Positions 36,241-49,900 of a DNA stretch of 64,000 nucleotides are shown one piece after another; within the stretch, counting starts at the first letter, position 1, and each line of letters begins with the position of its first letter. The stretch is from positions 71,548,001-71,612,000 of the forward strand of contig OX597815.1 in assembly GCA_951406725.2 (NCBI GenBank). Direction: 5' to 3'. The DNA is from Octopus vulgaris (lineage: Eukaryota). The notes below the pieces were generated by a model. The model did no database searches. It saw only the letters and a list, made by a program, of their open reading frames with translations, and was not told where the DNA came from. A program made the position numbers and the translations under genes.

Positions 36241-39200
36241 TGATGATGATGATATTCTTGTGCCTGTTCAATATCAATCTGACACCACTTTGGTGAAATT
36301 CCTATTTTTGACATAGAATCCGAAAGAGATAGGAGCACATTTCATTACACTGGCATTGATAACTCCTTTTGGTTAGCATTTTGCAACCACTTTACAAGTA
36401 GGTCAAATTCAGTGTTTTCATTCTGAAGCAGTCAACAGTGGATGCAATTCTCCCAAGTTGGAAAACTTAGTTCTTTACCAAGTGTGGCAATGCATATTGG
36501 CTGCTTGATTTTGGACAACCACCCGGTGACTTTCTGTCTGTCTGTCGGTCTCTCCTTTCCCCAGGTCTTTATACAGCACCAACTCCTTTGTGAATCTCTC
36601 GAAATACTCATCAAGAGAAATATTTTTATTTTCTCTTACAACTTTAATGGTTGTCTTTTTAACAGCCCTTTATGTTCTTATTCTTCCACATTCTTCACGG
36701 TTATATCTATCTCAAGATTGGCAGCAGATGTTTACATATTGCAGTAATGTTAATATTTCCTCACTCAATGAAAGAAGCCATTTCACTTTATAGCTTATCA
36801 CTACACATTACTCAATTCGCACCTCATCTACCCACCCCACCCCTTCCGTATATTGATTTATTGATTCCACTATAGTATAACTTTAATAGATCAGCTGTAT
36901 GGATAGTGTTGCACTGAGTATCTTGTTGTGTATTTACTTACATCTCTTTTGATTGTGTGTTCAAATCCTAATGAAGTTGACTTTGTTCATCCATTGAGTT
37001 TAAATAAAATAGAATAAATATCTTTTATCTTTTACTTGCTTCAGTAATTGGACTGTGGTCATGCTGGAGCACTACTTTGAAGGGTTTAGTTAAACAAATT
37101 GATCTCAGTACTTTTTTCCCTTCTGTTTAAAGTTTGGTATTTGTTCTATCACCTTCGCATCCTACCAAAATGATTGAATATTTTTTTCACAATACACTGA
37201 CATTCTTCTCTTAGTTTTGCAATGTCCTTAAAAAAAACCTATTAAGCTTAAGTCACTGAACTTACCTCATAAAATTGGGAGTGTTTCAAAGAAAGAATCC
37301 TTCAGTGAAAGTGTGGGTGTAAGTCATCGCCCTCTTCCTTTCTTGTCACTCCCTGTTTCACTCCACCTCAAAACTAATCATTTTGCCCAACTATTTACTC
37401 CTGAAACTGCTGTCCTCTGTTCTTATGCAAGCTTCCTCTTTAGGTTCAGTTTGACAATTAATGTTATCAATCATATCTCTGTGTAAGAGACTTCACAGCT
37501 GATGCATATCACCTTTCCTTCATCATCTAAATAAAAAAGGAATAACACCCTCACTTGTACACACATACACACACACACACACATACATACACATACATGC
37601 ATGCACACAAGCAAATACTACTAGGCTCTTTGGATTCTAGAAGTTATGTTTTTTTCTCTGTTGTCATAATTTCTCTCTGTCTCTCTCTCTCTCTCTCTCA
37701 CTCTCTCTCTCAGGTAGGAATAATTCAATCATCGCACACCTTTCAAAATCTGCTTATACCTATTTTTTAAAAAAAATCATCATCATCATCATCATATTTC
37801 CTGAAAATATGTTCAGCCATGGGGAAATATTACCTAGTTTGAAAACAGGTGAGAGTTGGTGACAGGAAGGACATCCTCCCATACAAAATATGTCTCTATG
37901 AATTCCATCTGATCCATGCAAGCTTGAAAAATAAACTTTCAAATGATGACAATGACAACAGCATCTAGTGACATAAGTAATTTCTTAGTAAATCAACTCT
38001 CCACAACTTCCCCTCAGTTTTCTTTTTATGTAAGACATCTGCTGTCTCATATTACGGACAGTGTTACATTCTTTCATAATTGCAATTAAGTAATTTTTCT
38101 TCCCCCTCTTTTCTTTTAAATAAAATCCTCAGCACCAATTTTATTGGAATTCTTTGGGGTTTTACATCTTGTTCATTTTCCTTTTGATCTTTTGTCATTA
38201 TATATTGTTAAAGGGAAAATCAACCAAACTTTGCTCATTAACCTTTTGGTTAATATTCATCTCAGATTGAGAGGAAGGCACTACCTATGACTATGACCCT
38301 TTACCAGGACCCAGAGACTAGTGGAAAAGAAGGCCAAAATAAAAAAGGTTTCCTGGAATTCAAGATCTGGCCAGAGTGCTTGTGGCAGACTAGATTCCTA
38401 CCAATGTGATGGTGTTAAACTGAGCACTGAATTCAGTCTTCTGTCCAAAACACCTAATGACTCCAGAATATAACACTTGTCTGTGTGTTCAATCTGTAGA
38501 TGTATGCTGAATCTACAAATTATTAATTACTTCAAAATTAATTAAAACATAAGAACTGTACATTTCATTAGAAGTAATCTGCAAATGGCTTGATCATATA
38601 TAGGTCATATAATTCCTTCTAATCTCCTTCAGCCGATTTACATCTTATCTTATCTCTTGCATTAGAGTATTTCTCAGTGATGTTTTTTGTTCCATGAGTA
38701 TGATCTAAGATTTAATGTTCCTTCATTTATAGAGAAGGTGTTAGATGCATACATCTTAATCTACCATGTTCATGTTCTGATGTGTTAATGTTGGCACAGC
38801 ATCAATGTATATAAAAGTTACCTCCTCAATGAAAACTAGATGTATTCTACTTTAGCCCAGACAAATCTATCAAGAATGGTTTTCAGATATTTACTGCCCA
38901 CTGTTTCTTGTTTTATTTTCACAACTTCAGTCGTTTTCTAGATTTATTTCACCCTGAAAGCTATCACAACCATCAACTTATGGTCTCAAACTTAGCAATT
39001 CAGTATATTTTATGAATATTCAAATCAAACTTTTGGAATTGTTCCAGACTCCTTTTGAGTTGTATTAATTTTCTGAACACTTCACTTTGTTATATTTTAT
39101 TTATTCATTTATTTGTTTTAGTGAAATAATTCTTCTAATAGTGTAAGTTAACTCTGAACTTCCTTTACAACATCATACCTCACAAGACAAAATTGGTCAG

Positions 39201-40194
39201 CCAGTCCTGAGACACGTCACAAGGATATCACTAACCTTGTTGACATTTATTTTGAAGAAAGTAAGGAATTGTTTAATGTAAGACAGAAAATTCTAAACCC
39301 TTCTTCTGTCATTCATTTCTGTTCTGTAATAGAATCATTACAGAACTCTACTTTTGACTTGCAGAATTTTCAATTAGATGTGATGTTGTGGTACTGGGTT
39401 ACTGCCTACACAGTTATGAGTTGAAATTTATTCTATGGTTGGTGTGTTTTCTCTCTCTAGACAAAACAGATCACTCTTCTTGCTTCAGTCTGTCTCTCAG
39501 GAAAAATGTGCTCCTCCTGTTTCATAATTAACTGATTCGTTATAAGAAAGACATCAAACTCTAAAAATAATTATTCCCAATATAAAAATTTTTTCCTATA
39601 TTTGCAAAATAAATTGTATCCATGTTCTCTTATTGAAAACTACCAACAAATGATTTTTCTCTTTCATAATATCTGTCATACCTTCTCCCTGCCATCCATA
39701 TCACAGTAATGTCTAGTTATATGATTATTTATTCCTGTGTTCCTTTGTTATCCATGCAATCTCTGAACATCTACTCCATTTACATGCTCACAATAAATGT
39801 TACCATCACATAAGATATGTGCTATCTCACTCTTGATAATGCAGTTGATGTTGGCTTCATACCATTTTCCCCCTATCTTTTCTCCCTATATCATTGAGCT
39901 CTTATTCAACATCATCTCTGTAATTCTTTGGTCTTGTATAGGCTAGAAACCATATCTATACATGGCATAGTATCTAGAATATTCAGATCTGATTAAAGAC
40001 TCATGGATTTGATTCCTGAACCAGGCATTATGTTGCATCCTTGAGCAAAGCATTTCATTTCACATTCCTCCTTTCTCCTCCAGCTGTCACATCCTCATCT
40101 TTAATTTTCTACTGGGTCAATGGTTGGGAGAGCCAAGAAAACATTTGTCTGCTTATGACTATATATGCCCCTAAAACAATTACTAAAAACATAG

Positions 40195-40420
40195 TGTCAT
40201 ATAAATGGCACCCATGAAATCATAGTCATGGCTGTTACAGGTGTCATATAAACAGCACCTGTGCCAGTGACACGTAAAAAGCACCCATTACACTCTTGGA
40301 GTGGTTGGCATTAGGAAGGGCATCCAGCCATAGAAACCATGCAGCTCCCCAGCTTACCAGTTCCAGTCAAACTAACTCATGCCAGCATGGAAAGCAGATG
40401 CTAAATGATGATGATGACAA
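40195..40420 (+). mobile_element. RTE 3' UTR and tail fragment
   Basis: gtgccagtgacacgtaaaaagcaccc...gagtggttggcattaggaagggcatccagcc...(GAT)n. Confidence 0.85.
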
Positions 40421-41728
40421 TAATAGTCTAGGTGCAGGCATGGCAGTGTGGTTAAAAAGTTTTCTTATATAACCTTATTAAATTATTGAAGGTTGTAATT
40501 ATTTCATATTAATGAAGGGTATAACTATGTCAGTTTAGTGAAGGTCAGGTTGAATCTTCAAGCAAGCAAAATTTGCTTGCAGGATCATTAAACTTGGCAG
40601 GTATTTGCTACTGAAGAATGTTGAAACACAAAAGTCAGGCCAAGTTTTACGTTTGGGCAGAGATAATACATAATCTTAATCCTCCTTCACACAAGTCACT
40701 AATCCAATCTAATCTCTCTTCCTTCATCTCTGCCATATTCCCCTGTCCGCCCTTCTTACCATTCCCTCATCCCTCTGCCTAGAATCATTGCCTACTCTTC
40801 CTTCTCTTTTCCACCAGTTATAGAGGCCACTTTAGACCCTTCTGCCTTGCAAGTTATGAAGCAATCATCACTAGTGCTGGTACCATGAAAAAAAGAAAAA
40901 AAAGCAATCAATACACTCTGTAAAACGTTTGCCATTAGGAAGACCATTCAGCTGCAGAAATCATGACAGAGCAGACGTTGAGTCTTGATGCAGTCCTCCA
41001 GTTCATGCCACCATGAAAGCTGGACATTAGATGATGGTGATGGTGGTGCTGCTGTAAATGTTCAGCATACCAATTGTCAACTTTGCATGTTTCTGTAATT
41101 TGAGAACTAAACTGTGCTGATGCCATCATATTGTTACTTCTGAGTGGTTCAATGATTAAACCATTCTACTTAACAATATCAGTTTAGATAAAGTTGTCAG
41201 TGCTGCTATTGTCAAACAAAATTTGCATTGAGTGATTGTTAATTATAATATTAATGAGTGCAGAAGACAAAAGATGTTCCAATAAAGCTGCAAAAGTTAA
41301 TAAAGTTGAAATAATGAATGCATTGGAGACTGGTTTATTACCTAATTTGCATACTCCAAGAAAAATAGCCTTTCCTTTTACACTCATGGCATATGGCATC
41401 TTTCACTGGACATTCTCTGTGGTTACTTCCCACAAGCAAAAACAAAACAGAAACTCACTTCTGTGAGAAACAGCTGCAGAAATAGCTTCTTGATCAGTGT
41501 CTTTCACTGTATAAAGCAACTATTCATGCCCAATACTCTGGCTTGTGGTATAGGTGGTTCCATGTCTACCATTTTAGTTTTTAGTGTTCTGAGCCTTGCA
41601 TCTTATCATCATCATTATTTAATACTCATGGTCCATGAGTTGGATGGTTCGACAGGACCCAATGGGTCCTAGAATTGCATCATGCTCCAATGCCTAAAAA
41701 TGATGTTACACCTCAATATCTGGTTTAA

Positions 41729-43520
41729 CCCTTTAGTGTTCAGATTAATCTGTCAAATGTATTGCTTATTTGTTCACATTATTTTGAATTATTCAGGTTC
41801 AAGAGTGGTGTCCACAATGTTTGCTTGTAACTTTGTTAATTTTCTACATACAGATTTGAAATTTTGTCAGTGGGTGCTTATATACCAGTGGTTTATAATT
41901 ATGTAATCTTAGCTGATCTTTCAAATTAAATTTTACTTTTATGAGCAGGTAAATTTAATTAACTGGTGTAAAAGCAATAGCATTATGTATAAGCACTAAA
42001 ATTGAAATTCTTAATGCATCTTAACCTATTTGATTTGTTACTAAAATTATCCCAGATGTCAACCACCAACAATTTTGCCACTTTTAAAGATGAGGTACAT
42101 TAATTTGAATTAATTAAAATACAGGTATAATCAGTACAAGATTTTCTTTCTCTGTATTTCATTTAAACATTTTCATTGAAAATAGAATACAAAACATCTT
42201 TTACTAGTCAATATACCATTGCCTATGTACTCTTATACAATTTAATGAATACATTTACATAACAGAATGCATCTAATAAAAAAAAGCTCATTAACAGATG
42301 AGACAAAAGTGAATACAGGTGTGTAGCATTGAAAATTTATATGTATTTCTTACTTTCACATATTATTTGTTACAAAATGAAGGAATATACGATAGTATTA
42401 CTATCAAACAACAAAATATAGTTGTGTGCCATATTTCTATTATAAAACTGTCCAAAGCATCCTTTACACAAGAGCACTTTGCAAAATGAATACATTTATG
42501 AGGTCTCAACCTGATATGCTTTTGCAGTTTTTCGTTTTTTGCAGCAAACACAGTCTGCAAACTTTTTCCTTCCATTTATTTCTCCCACTTTATGGAAGTC
42601 AATATTTTCTCTGTTGGCATCCACCTCAGTTAATTTTGCTCTTCTCCCAATTCAGTGCTTTCTGGAAGAAAAGTCCTCATGTTACTGGGATGCGGTGTCA
42701 ACCTGAAATTTCAAATGGTCATAATCCTTTGGTGGCAGAGGTACCTTGTGGCTTTTTACATAATATATGAATTAACTATAGTTAGACATAATGCTGGAGA
42801 TATGTGGAACACCATATCTTATATCAGGACTCCGATACCAAACATAATGTTTATAGTGAAAAATGCTCTCATTTCCACAGTATCAGTTAACTGCCATAGT
42901 GGATCGGGTCCTCCACAAATAGAAATTATGCAATGAGCATATTTATTTGCTTCCTCCATGAGCGTTTCAATAAAAATTTTCAGTAAAACTAAAGATAAAT
43001 ATTCCAATGGTTGAGTATTGGAAGGCAGATTGTTATGGACTAGTCTTTTCTGTGAAATCAGGAATTGTGGTTGATGTAATCTTTAACCATGTTGCCATAA
43101 TGATTCCAATATCATTTTCATCACTCTCATTACCAAAATCTTCCTTGTCCAACGAAGATTCATAAATATCAATATCAGATTCATCCAAAGACAAATCACA
43201 GTTGTTTTCGTTTATATTTTGTACATCATCAAGAGTAAATTGCTACTTGTTGACGCTATATTATTAAAAATAATATATACACTTTTCTTCAAATGTTACA
43301 AAAAAACAAGAAGTCCCAAAAATTTCACAGTATTTTTATTTGAATAAAGGTGGGAAAGGCTTTATCTCGCATTATCTCAAAGCTACAAGATTTCAATAAC
43401 TTGCTTTGTCTATTTTTTAGTGATTTCATAGAGGAATCAGTTACAGCTGCATTTGACCAGTTCAAACAAATAAAGGGGAATTATTTTCAGCTGGTTTTGG
43501 CTTGTCTGAACACTAAAGGG
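41729..43520 (-). mobile_element. Internally deleted, decayed piggyBac transposon (1.8 kb)
   Basis: Perfect 16-bp TIRs ccctttagtgttcaga (41729-41744) and tctgaacactaaaggg (43505-43520); TTAA left, TTAC right; remnant IETLMEEANKYA...WQLTDTVEMRAFFTINIMFGI. Confidence 0.9.
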
Positions 43521-43928
43521 TTACATAAGGGAGAAAATTTGTCTATTACTTGATACATTACATAAAACAATGTCCAATTTAAGTAAGGGAAAGAACTTAT
43601 CCAAAAGAAAGTAGAATCGCAATAAGATTTTTCATTTTACATATATAAAGCTGATATAATTCTTTAGTTTATAGATACAAATCTGTAGATAAATATCAAG
43701 GAATTTATGATCTTCAGGACTTCTAAAAGTCAAATGGTGATGAAGAAGTTAAAATAAGCATTAGGCTTTGGGTTGACAGGAGATGAAAAATACAAAGCCA
43801 AAATGTCTCTGGCTTCCTAAGAAGTACTAATGGCATATGAATGGGACAGCTTGAAAAATAATTTTGAAAAAACTAAATTCTAGGGAACATCTTCATACAA
43901 ATTGCTCATTGCAATTGTGAACTGTACT

Positions 43929-44299
43929 TTAACCTTTTTGTTACTATGTTTCTGTTGAAATAATTTGCCTCTCTTTTAATTTTGAAAATAATAAAAAATT
44001 TAGTCAGCTAATTACCCTTATTAAGTTCATGTTTCGCAACATTAACATGGAATGTTGATGGAAGATTTTAATTTGGATAACTTTAACCCTTTTGATACCA
44101 TATTTTTTATTGAAATAATCTGTCTTTCTTTCAATTAATTTTGAAAATAATAAAAAATTTACTCAGCTAATTGCCATTAGTAAGCTGCTGTTTGAAGCAA
44201 CATGAATTTTTGATTTAATGTTTTACATCGCATTAAAACAGGAAATCTGTATCATAAAACCAGGGGTGGTCTTAGGTGGGCTGGTGCCAAAAAGGTTAA
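43929..44299. mobile_element. piggyBac-type MITE(s) with two left ends and one right end
   Basis: TTAA-cctttttgttac at 43929, TTAA-cccttttgatacc at 44083, ggtgccaaaaagg-TTAA ending at 44299; the two left segments are homologous. Confidence 0.7.
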
Positions 44300-44854
44300 C
44301 AAAATCTTAGGGCAACATGCCTACAGTATAAACGTTTAACCTTGACTGGCACACCAATTCTACAAATTCATCAAATAGTCATCTCTGCTATACTCAAACA
44401 GAATTAACCCAGGAAACTTTTATTTGTCTACTGGGTTACAGACACAGCTTCTCAAAGTAGCTTATCTATGCCTTTTGGTATTCATGTTTACAAAAATAGA
44501 TCTTATGTCTTCTATAACAAAATGCAGGAACATGACGAATACATCAGATGACATATTCCTCTATCTGTTTTAATTATCTCTTTTCTTAGTTGATGTTGTC
44601 TGAGGATCTCTGAGAGTCGCACTTATTCAAATAACCAGAATATTGGTTATCTGCTGAGAAATCATCAGATATTATCTTGACATTAGTGATGTAGAATATC
44701 ATTAGCCCTCGTCTCACTATTAATAGTTGCTAGAGGAAGTCTTTGCTGCTAAGTTTATTTAATTTGGGGTATGGTTAGTGAAACATATTTTGTGTAGAAG
44801 TTTTAATCAAGAAAAAAGAATATTATTTTTCTTTTTTTCATTTAGTTTGTATTG

Positions 44855-45235
44855 GTGCAGGTGTTGATGTTGTGGTTAAGAAGCTTCCTTCCCACCCTTG
44901 TGGTTTTTTAGTTCAGTCTCACTGTACAACATCTTGGGCAAGTGCCTTCTACTAAAGCCCTAAGTCAATCAAAGGCTTGTAGGTAGATTTGGTAGATGGA
45001 AACTGAAAGAAGCCCATTAGATATGTATATATACATGTGTGTGTGTGTTTGTGTGTTCTATTGTCTTGACAATATGTGATGGTCATAAACAAGCATCACT
45101 GTTGTACAAGTGATGTTCATTTCCACTCTTCTGTGAAAAGCATCTCTGGCCAAGGGGAAATATTACTTTGCTTGGAAGTAGGTGAGAGTTGGCAATAAGA
45201 AGGGCATCCAGTCACAGAAAACCTGCTACAACAAC
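44855..45235 (+). mobile_element. SINE-A head and core joined to an RTE-like 3' tail
   Basis: SINE-A 5' half, microsatellite, then ...ggggaaatattac...gagagttggcaataagaagggcatccagtc. Confidence 0.7.
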
Positions 45236-45322
45236 TTCTGTGTATGTACATATCTTTACTCAATTGCTGACATTTATTAATGGTTTCTTCCATTGTTTTG
45301 ATACACCATTTTCTATCATTAA

Positions 45323-46407
45323 CCCTTTCGTTACTATATTTCTGACCAAATTACACCCCTTATGTGTTTCAATTAATTTCTAACGTAATCATAAATTTAG
45401 TCTGGTTTCATTAAACAACTATAACTTTTTATTTATCGATATATTAATCTGATTTTTGGAAGATAGTTTAATGAAATATTCTCAACCAATTCTATACTAT
45501 AATTTTTGTCACAAAGTGACTCTATTTGCAGGTAGATACAGGTAAATTCCACAAAATATAAAATTATTAAAATTTTGTTCAAACATCGCTATAGAAAATG
45601 GGTTATTAGCTAATATTCAATTGGGTATACAACAAAATTTTACGATAGAATTTGTTATTCTGGGTAACTTTCTGATACCCATAATAATATTTATGGCAAA
45701 ATAGGCCTTAATTTCATTTAAGGTTGTGGGAAATAACAAACTATCCTTTCTTTCACTTTGTTTACGTTTAGCGTAACGGTTCGTTTCTGCCGTAATGATT
45801 TCAAATAGGCTCAGTCGAAAAAGTAAATAGAAATTGTCTAAGGCTTTACCCTTCTGGGAAAGTCTGTGGCTTGGTCCAGTTTCTTCAGAAAAATCACCGA
45901 AAGAAACAGTTTTTAAATTTTCACTCCATTCAGGTGCCAATTCGTTTTCTTTATCACTATCGGAGATCTCAGATTCACTGTTTTCACTTTCGGAAAATGA
46001 AACATCAGATTCATTATCAAATACCATGTGCTTTTTTTTTTCAGTCATAGAGTTAGATTTATGAAGGTCTTCAGTAGAAAATCCTTCGAATTCTGACTCG
46101 CTGCTTGACTGACTATATATAATGAAGTTCGTATCCATTTTTTGTCAGAATTACAAATTTTGAAAACACAATAGGAACAAATTTCGGAAAAAAATCTCCC
46201 AAAATTCACGGAATTAAAATTACACTTCGATTATTGTACAAAACTGTAGTTGAACTGTTTACAAAGTATAATACGTGTTTTCACGAATGTACTGAAGAAA
46301 TTTGCTCTGATATTCTCATTTAAATATGAATAGGTAAATTTGGGCGGTTTGGTTTCATAAACCAAAATTTTTTTCGGACGGCTTTGGGCGGTTTGGTAAC
46401 GAAAGGG
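45323..46407 (-). mobile_element. Young non-autonomous piggyBac deletion derivative (1085 bp)
   Basis: TTAA TSD at 45319-45322 and 46408-46411; perfect 12-bp TIR ccctttcgttac; subterminal direct repeat tttgggcggtttggt twice near the right end. Confidence 0.95.
45617..46138 (-). pseudogene. N-terminal fragment of a piggyBac transposase (173 aa, no catalytic core)
   Basis: Acidic S/E/D-rich N-terminus followed by FYLLF...EIITAETNRYA...PTTLNEIKAYFAINIIMGIRKLP. Confidence 0.9.
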
Positions 46408-46678
46408 TTAAAATTGTTGGCATTTTTGATAACGCAGGTATACTAGTATATGTATCTATATATTTATAAACAAGAAGAATGGCATGAGCAACTCCTTTTA
46501 TTACGTTCATTTACAATTGTTCCATCTAAATTTTATCTCATGAACATTGTTATATTATGCATTTACATAAGCAAGTATACATCATGAGGTATCATTAGCA
46601 CATATCAAAATTCAACTCTTCAGAATTATGCTTAACAGGATAAACTCCAGAATTAACACTTAAATAAAATTGTTTTTG

Positions 46679-46720
<42 letters not shown>

Positions 46721-46787
46721 ACATACATGTGTATTGAGTTCTATTTCTCCTGTTTATTCCATCAAACTTGTATATCTGTTATATATA

Positions 46788-46974
46788 GGGTGGCACGTAA
46801 AAAGCACCCACTACACTCACGGAGTGGTTGGCGTTAGGAAGGGCATCCAGCCGTAAAAACACTGCCAGATCTGACTGGGCCTGATGAAGCCTTCTGGCTT
46901 CACAGACCCCAGTTGAACCGTCCAACCCATGCTAGCATGGAAAACAGACGCTAAACGATGATGATGATGATGAT
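46788..46974 (+). mobile_element. Young RTE 3' tail (heavily 5'-truncated insertion)
   Basis: High identity to 55738-55930, ends in (GAT)n, begins right after atatatag. Confidence 0.92.
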
Positions 46975-49900
46975 ACACACATGCACACACAAAGATACAC
47001 ACATAGGTTTGTTTGTCTCTTACTGCTTGACAAATGGTGTTGGTTTATTTATATCCCCATCACTTAGCAGCTCAGTAGAAGTCAATCTCTTTGTAGTAAA
47101 ATAAGGACTAAGGTCAATTCATTTGACTAACTCAACCCAAAGCTGTGCTCCAGCATTGAAATAGATCAATGATTGAAACAAGTAAATGAGCAATTCTGCT
47201 TATATGTAGGTGTTGCTGGTGTATGATGTCAATCAGTATATGGCAACTGTTGATACATGGAAAATATAGAATGAATTAATTAGGATTCTTTCTCTCTCTC
47301 TGTCTTCCTTCTCTCTCTCCCTCTCTCTTTCTCTTTCATCTGATTCCATCCTTAATGGGTTTATTGTTTTGTTTTTCACTGCTTGCAAAACTATGGTTAC
47401 TGACAAATGTTCTCAGTTTGTTTTCATTGTTAGTTTTCTATGTAGCTACCCTGAATATAGATCTGCATGGTATGTGCAAGGACTTGCTCTCTCCTGAAGT
47501 ACCTACAGAGAATTGTTTTGCTGGAAGCTTCCATTATTTGCTTCTTTTCTGCACTTTGTTTGTATTGCTGATGGTGGTGGTGGTGGTGGTGGTGGTGGCG
47601 GTGGTAGTGGCTGCAGCTGTAGCAGTGGTAGTGATTTGATTTTCTGTTGTGATTGTGTTGTAACCCTAGAATAGAAAGAAAAATTTCCAGGTAGACAGCC
47701 TTTTCCTCCTGGATGCTGTGTGTGTGTGTATGTGAAAACCATGTATATGGATGTTCTTCAATCTGTAATATATTTCTGGTACCAATCACTTTAGTGCTTA
47801 CAATGCATTGTGGCTAAAGTTAAAACTAGTACCTACTAGGTTATTATCTTATTGCTGTTATATAGAATTGACTTGGCTATTGTACTCCAGAACTTATATG
47901 TATACACATACATACAGTTTTAAACACATCTATAGCCTCACTTCACTTGTCTTAATAAATTAAAACCAGTACACACACACACACACACACAGGACAGACT
48001 GCTGCACAATGGTTTCTGACTACCAAATTCCTTTGAGGAGTTGGTAGACCCAAATGATATTGTTCATTAACATATGAATATCCTTCTTGACTTGAGGAGG
48101 AGGAGTAGAAAGAGATTTTGTAGCATACTTATTTTTCACAAGAATGTCAACAGAGCAAGAGATATGAAAATTCTACAACTAGAAATCTAATTAATTGCAG
48201 ACTCGTTTTTTTTTTGAAAGGCAGGTGAGCTGTGGCCTAATTCCTTACTGTCTGTCTATGTCTTTATCTATTTGTCTGTCTGTCTATCTAACTACCTTTG
48301 TGTCTATTTATCTATCTATCTGTCTGTCTATTTATTTCTCTACCTATCTGTCTATCTCTCTATCTCCTGCAGCCCTCCCCACTCATCCTTTCCACATCTT
48401 CAAATATCTAACGATCACCACCGCCACCCCCTTTCACTCTAATCTCTATTGTTCCACATCTTTACTTGCTCCTCTAATCAAACTAACTTGACTCCTGGCT
48501 GTTAATCAATTATAGTGTATTCATGGGAGATTAGATTGCTTCTTGGAGAATAATTAACACCACTCACTACTTTTTACATCCTTCAGTGTCTCTACATCAC
48601 CAGAAAATGTGATTGTGTGAATGATGGAAGGGGGTGCTTCATTTAATCTGATTTATTATACATCAACCTCTTCAGCAAAGAAAGCATTGGCCTGTTCTTT
48701 AAACAGACGCTAGTCTAAGTTTACTGTAATTAGATTGAAACTAGTCTTAGTTTACTATAGTAATTGGTCTTATATTAGATAGAAATTAGTTTTACTATTT
48801 TTAGTTCAGTGTGATGAAATAGAACTTATCTAACCCTTTTAGCTTAATGATACTGTTTCATAAGTAAACTAGTATGGAATGAGTAGCTAAAAGTTGGTTT
48901 GGTTGGGGTTTTTTGATGGGTGGGTGATGAATTTTTTGGATGGATGGATGTTGATTTTAGTTCAGTGTTTAAACCCTACTGTTTAAACCCTGCTGTTCAC
49001 ATCACAATATCTCCAGAGACCAATCACTATCTCATCTATTTATTTAATTAAAAGAAAATCACCTGTTAGTAGAGATTCATGAATGTAGCTAATGGTCGAC
49101 AATTAGCTGAGCCATACAGAGAAAACTTGTACATACGTGTGTGCATTAGTGCATGCTTATATATTTACTCTTTTAGTTTCATTTTCTATAAATTGGCATA
49201 TGTCACTGCAAATTTGAAGATTATATTAGGTTTGTGGGAACATGAATTTTTACCACTTCCTACCAGACATGAAACAACACTGGTGCCACAAATATTCATC
49301 ACCATTTAACATCCATATGTCATGCTGGCATTGGTTGAATAGTTTGGCAGGATCCAACAAATTTGTTTTGGCATAGTTTCTATGATTGGACACCCTTCCT
49401 AACACTAACTGCTTTACAGCATGTACTGGTTGCTCTTGTCATGCCACCCAGCCCTTGAGAGGTCATTATCTAGCTTACAAGACTACAGACTACAAGAGAG
49501 ATGGCTATATACTTGGAGATCATGGGTTAAAGTATGAGAGTGGGAGCCACAGCAGAACAAATTTTTTTTGATGTATATGAGCTACATAGGTACTTACACT
49601 TTAAAAGAGAAGGTAGGAGTGACCAGGATGGAACTGAAAAGAGATGAAAACAGTGGTAATGAGGTGTCTGGGTGCACCCTGAAGGTAGAATTGAGTGGAG
49701 GACAGAGGAACCAGGTATGTGGGTGGGTGGAGGTTTTAAGAGTATGGGGGAGTGAGAGATGAGGAGTTGGATAAAGAAAAAGGAGGTGGACAGCAGCTGT
49801 AAAGATTTGGTAAGATTGAATGGCAGATATAGTGAATGGAGGGGGTGTAAAGGGCTGTGGGACGGGTTGGGGGAGGTAGCAGGGAGACACAAAGTCTACT

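Noticed and set aside
40606-40642. ctgaagaatgttgaaacacaaaagtc as a hammerhead
   Set aside because: Core words are present but stem II is missing and stem I does not pair
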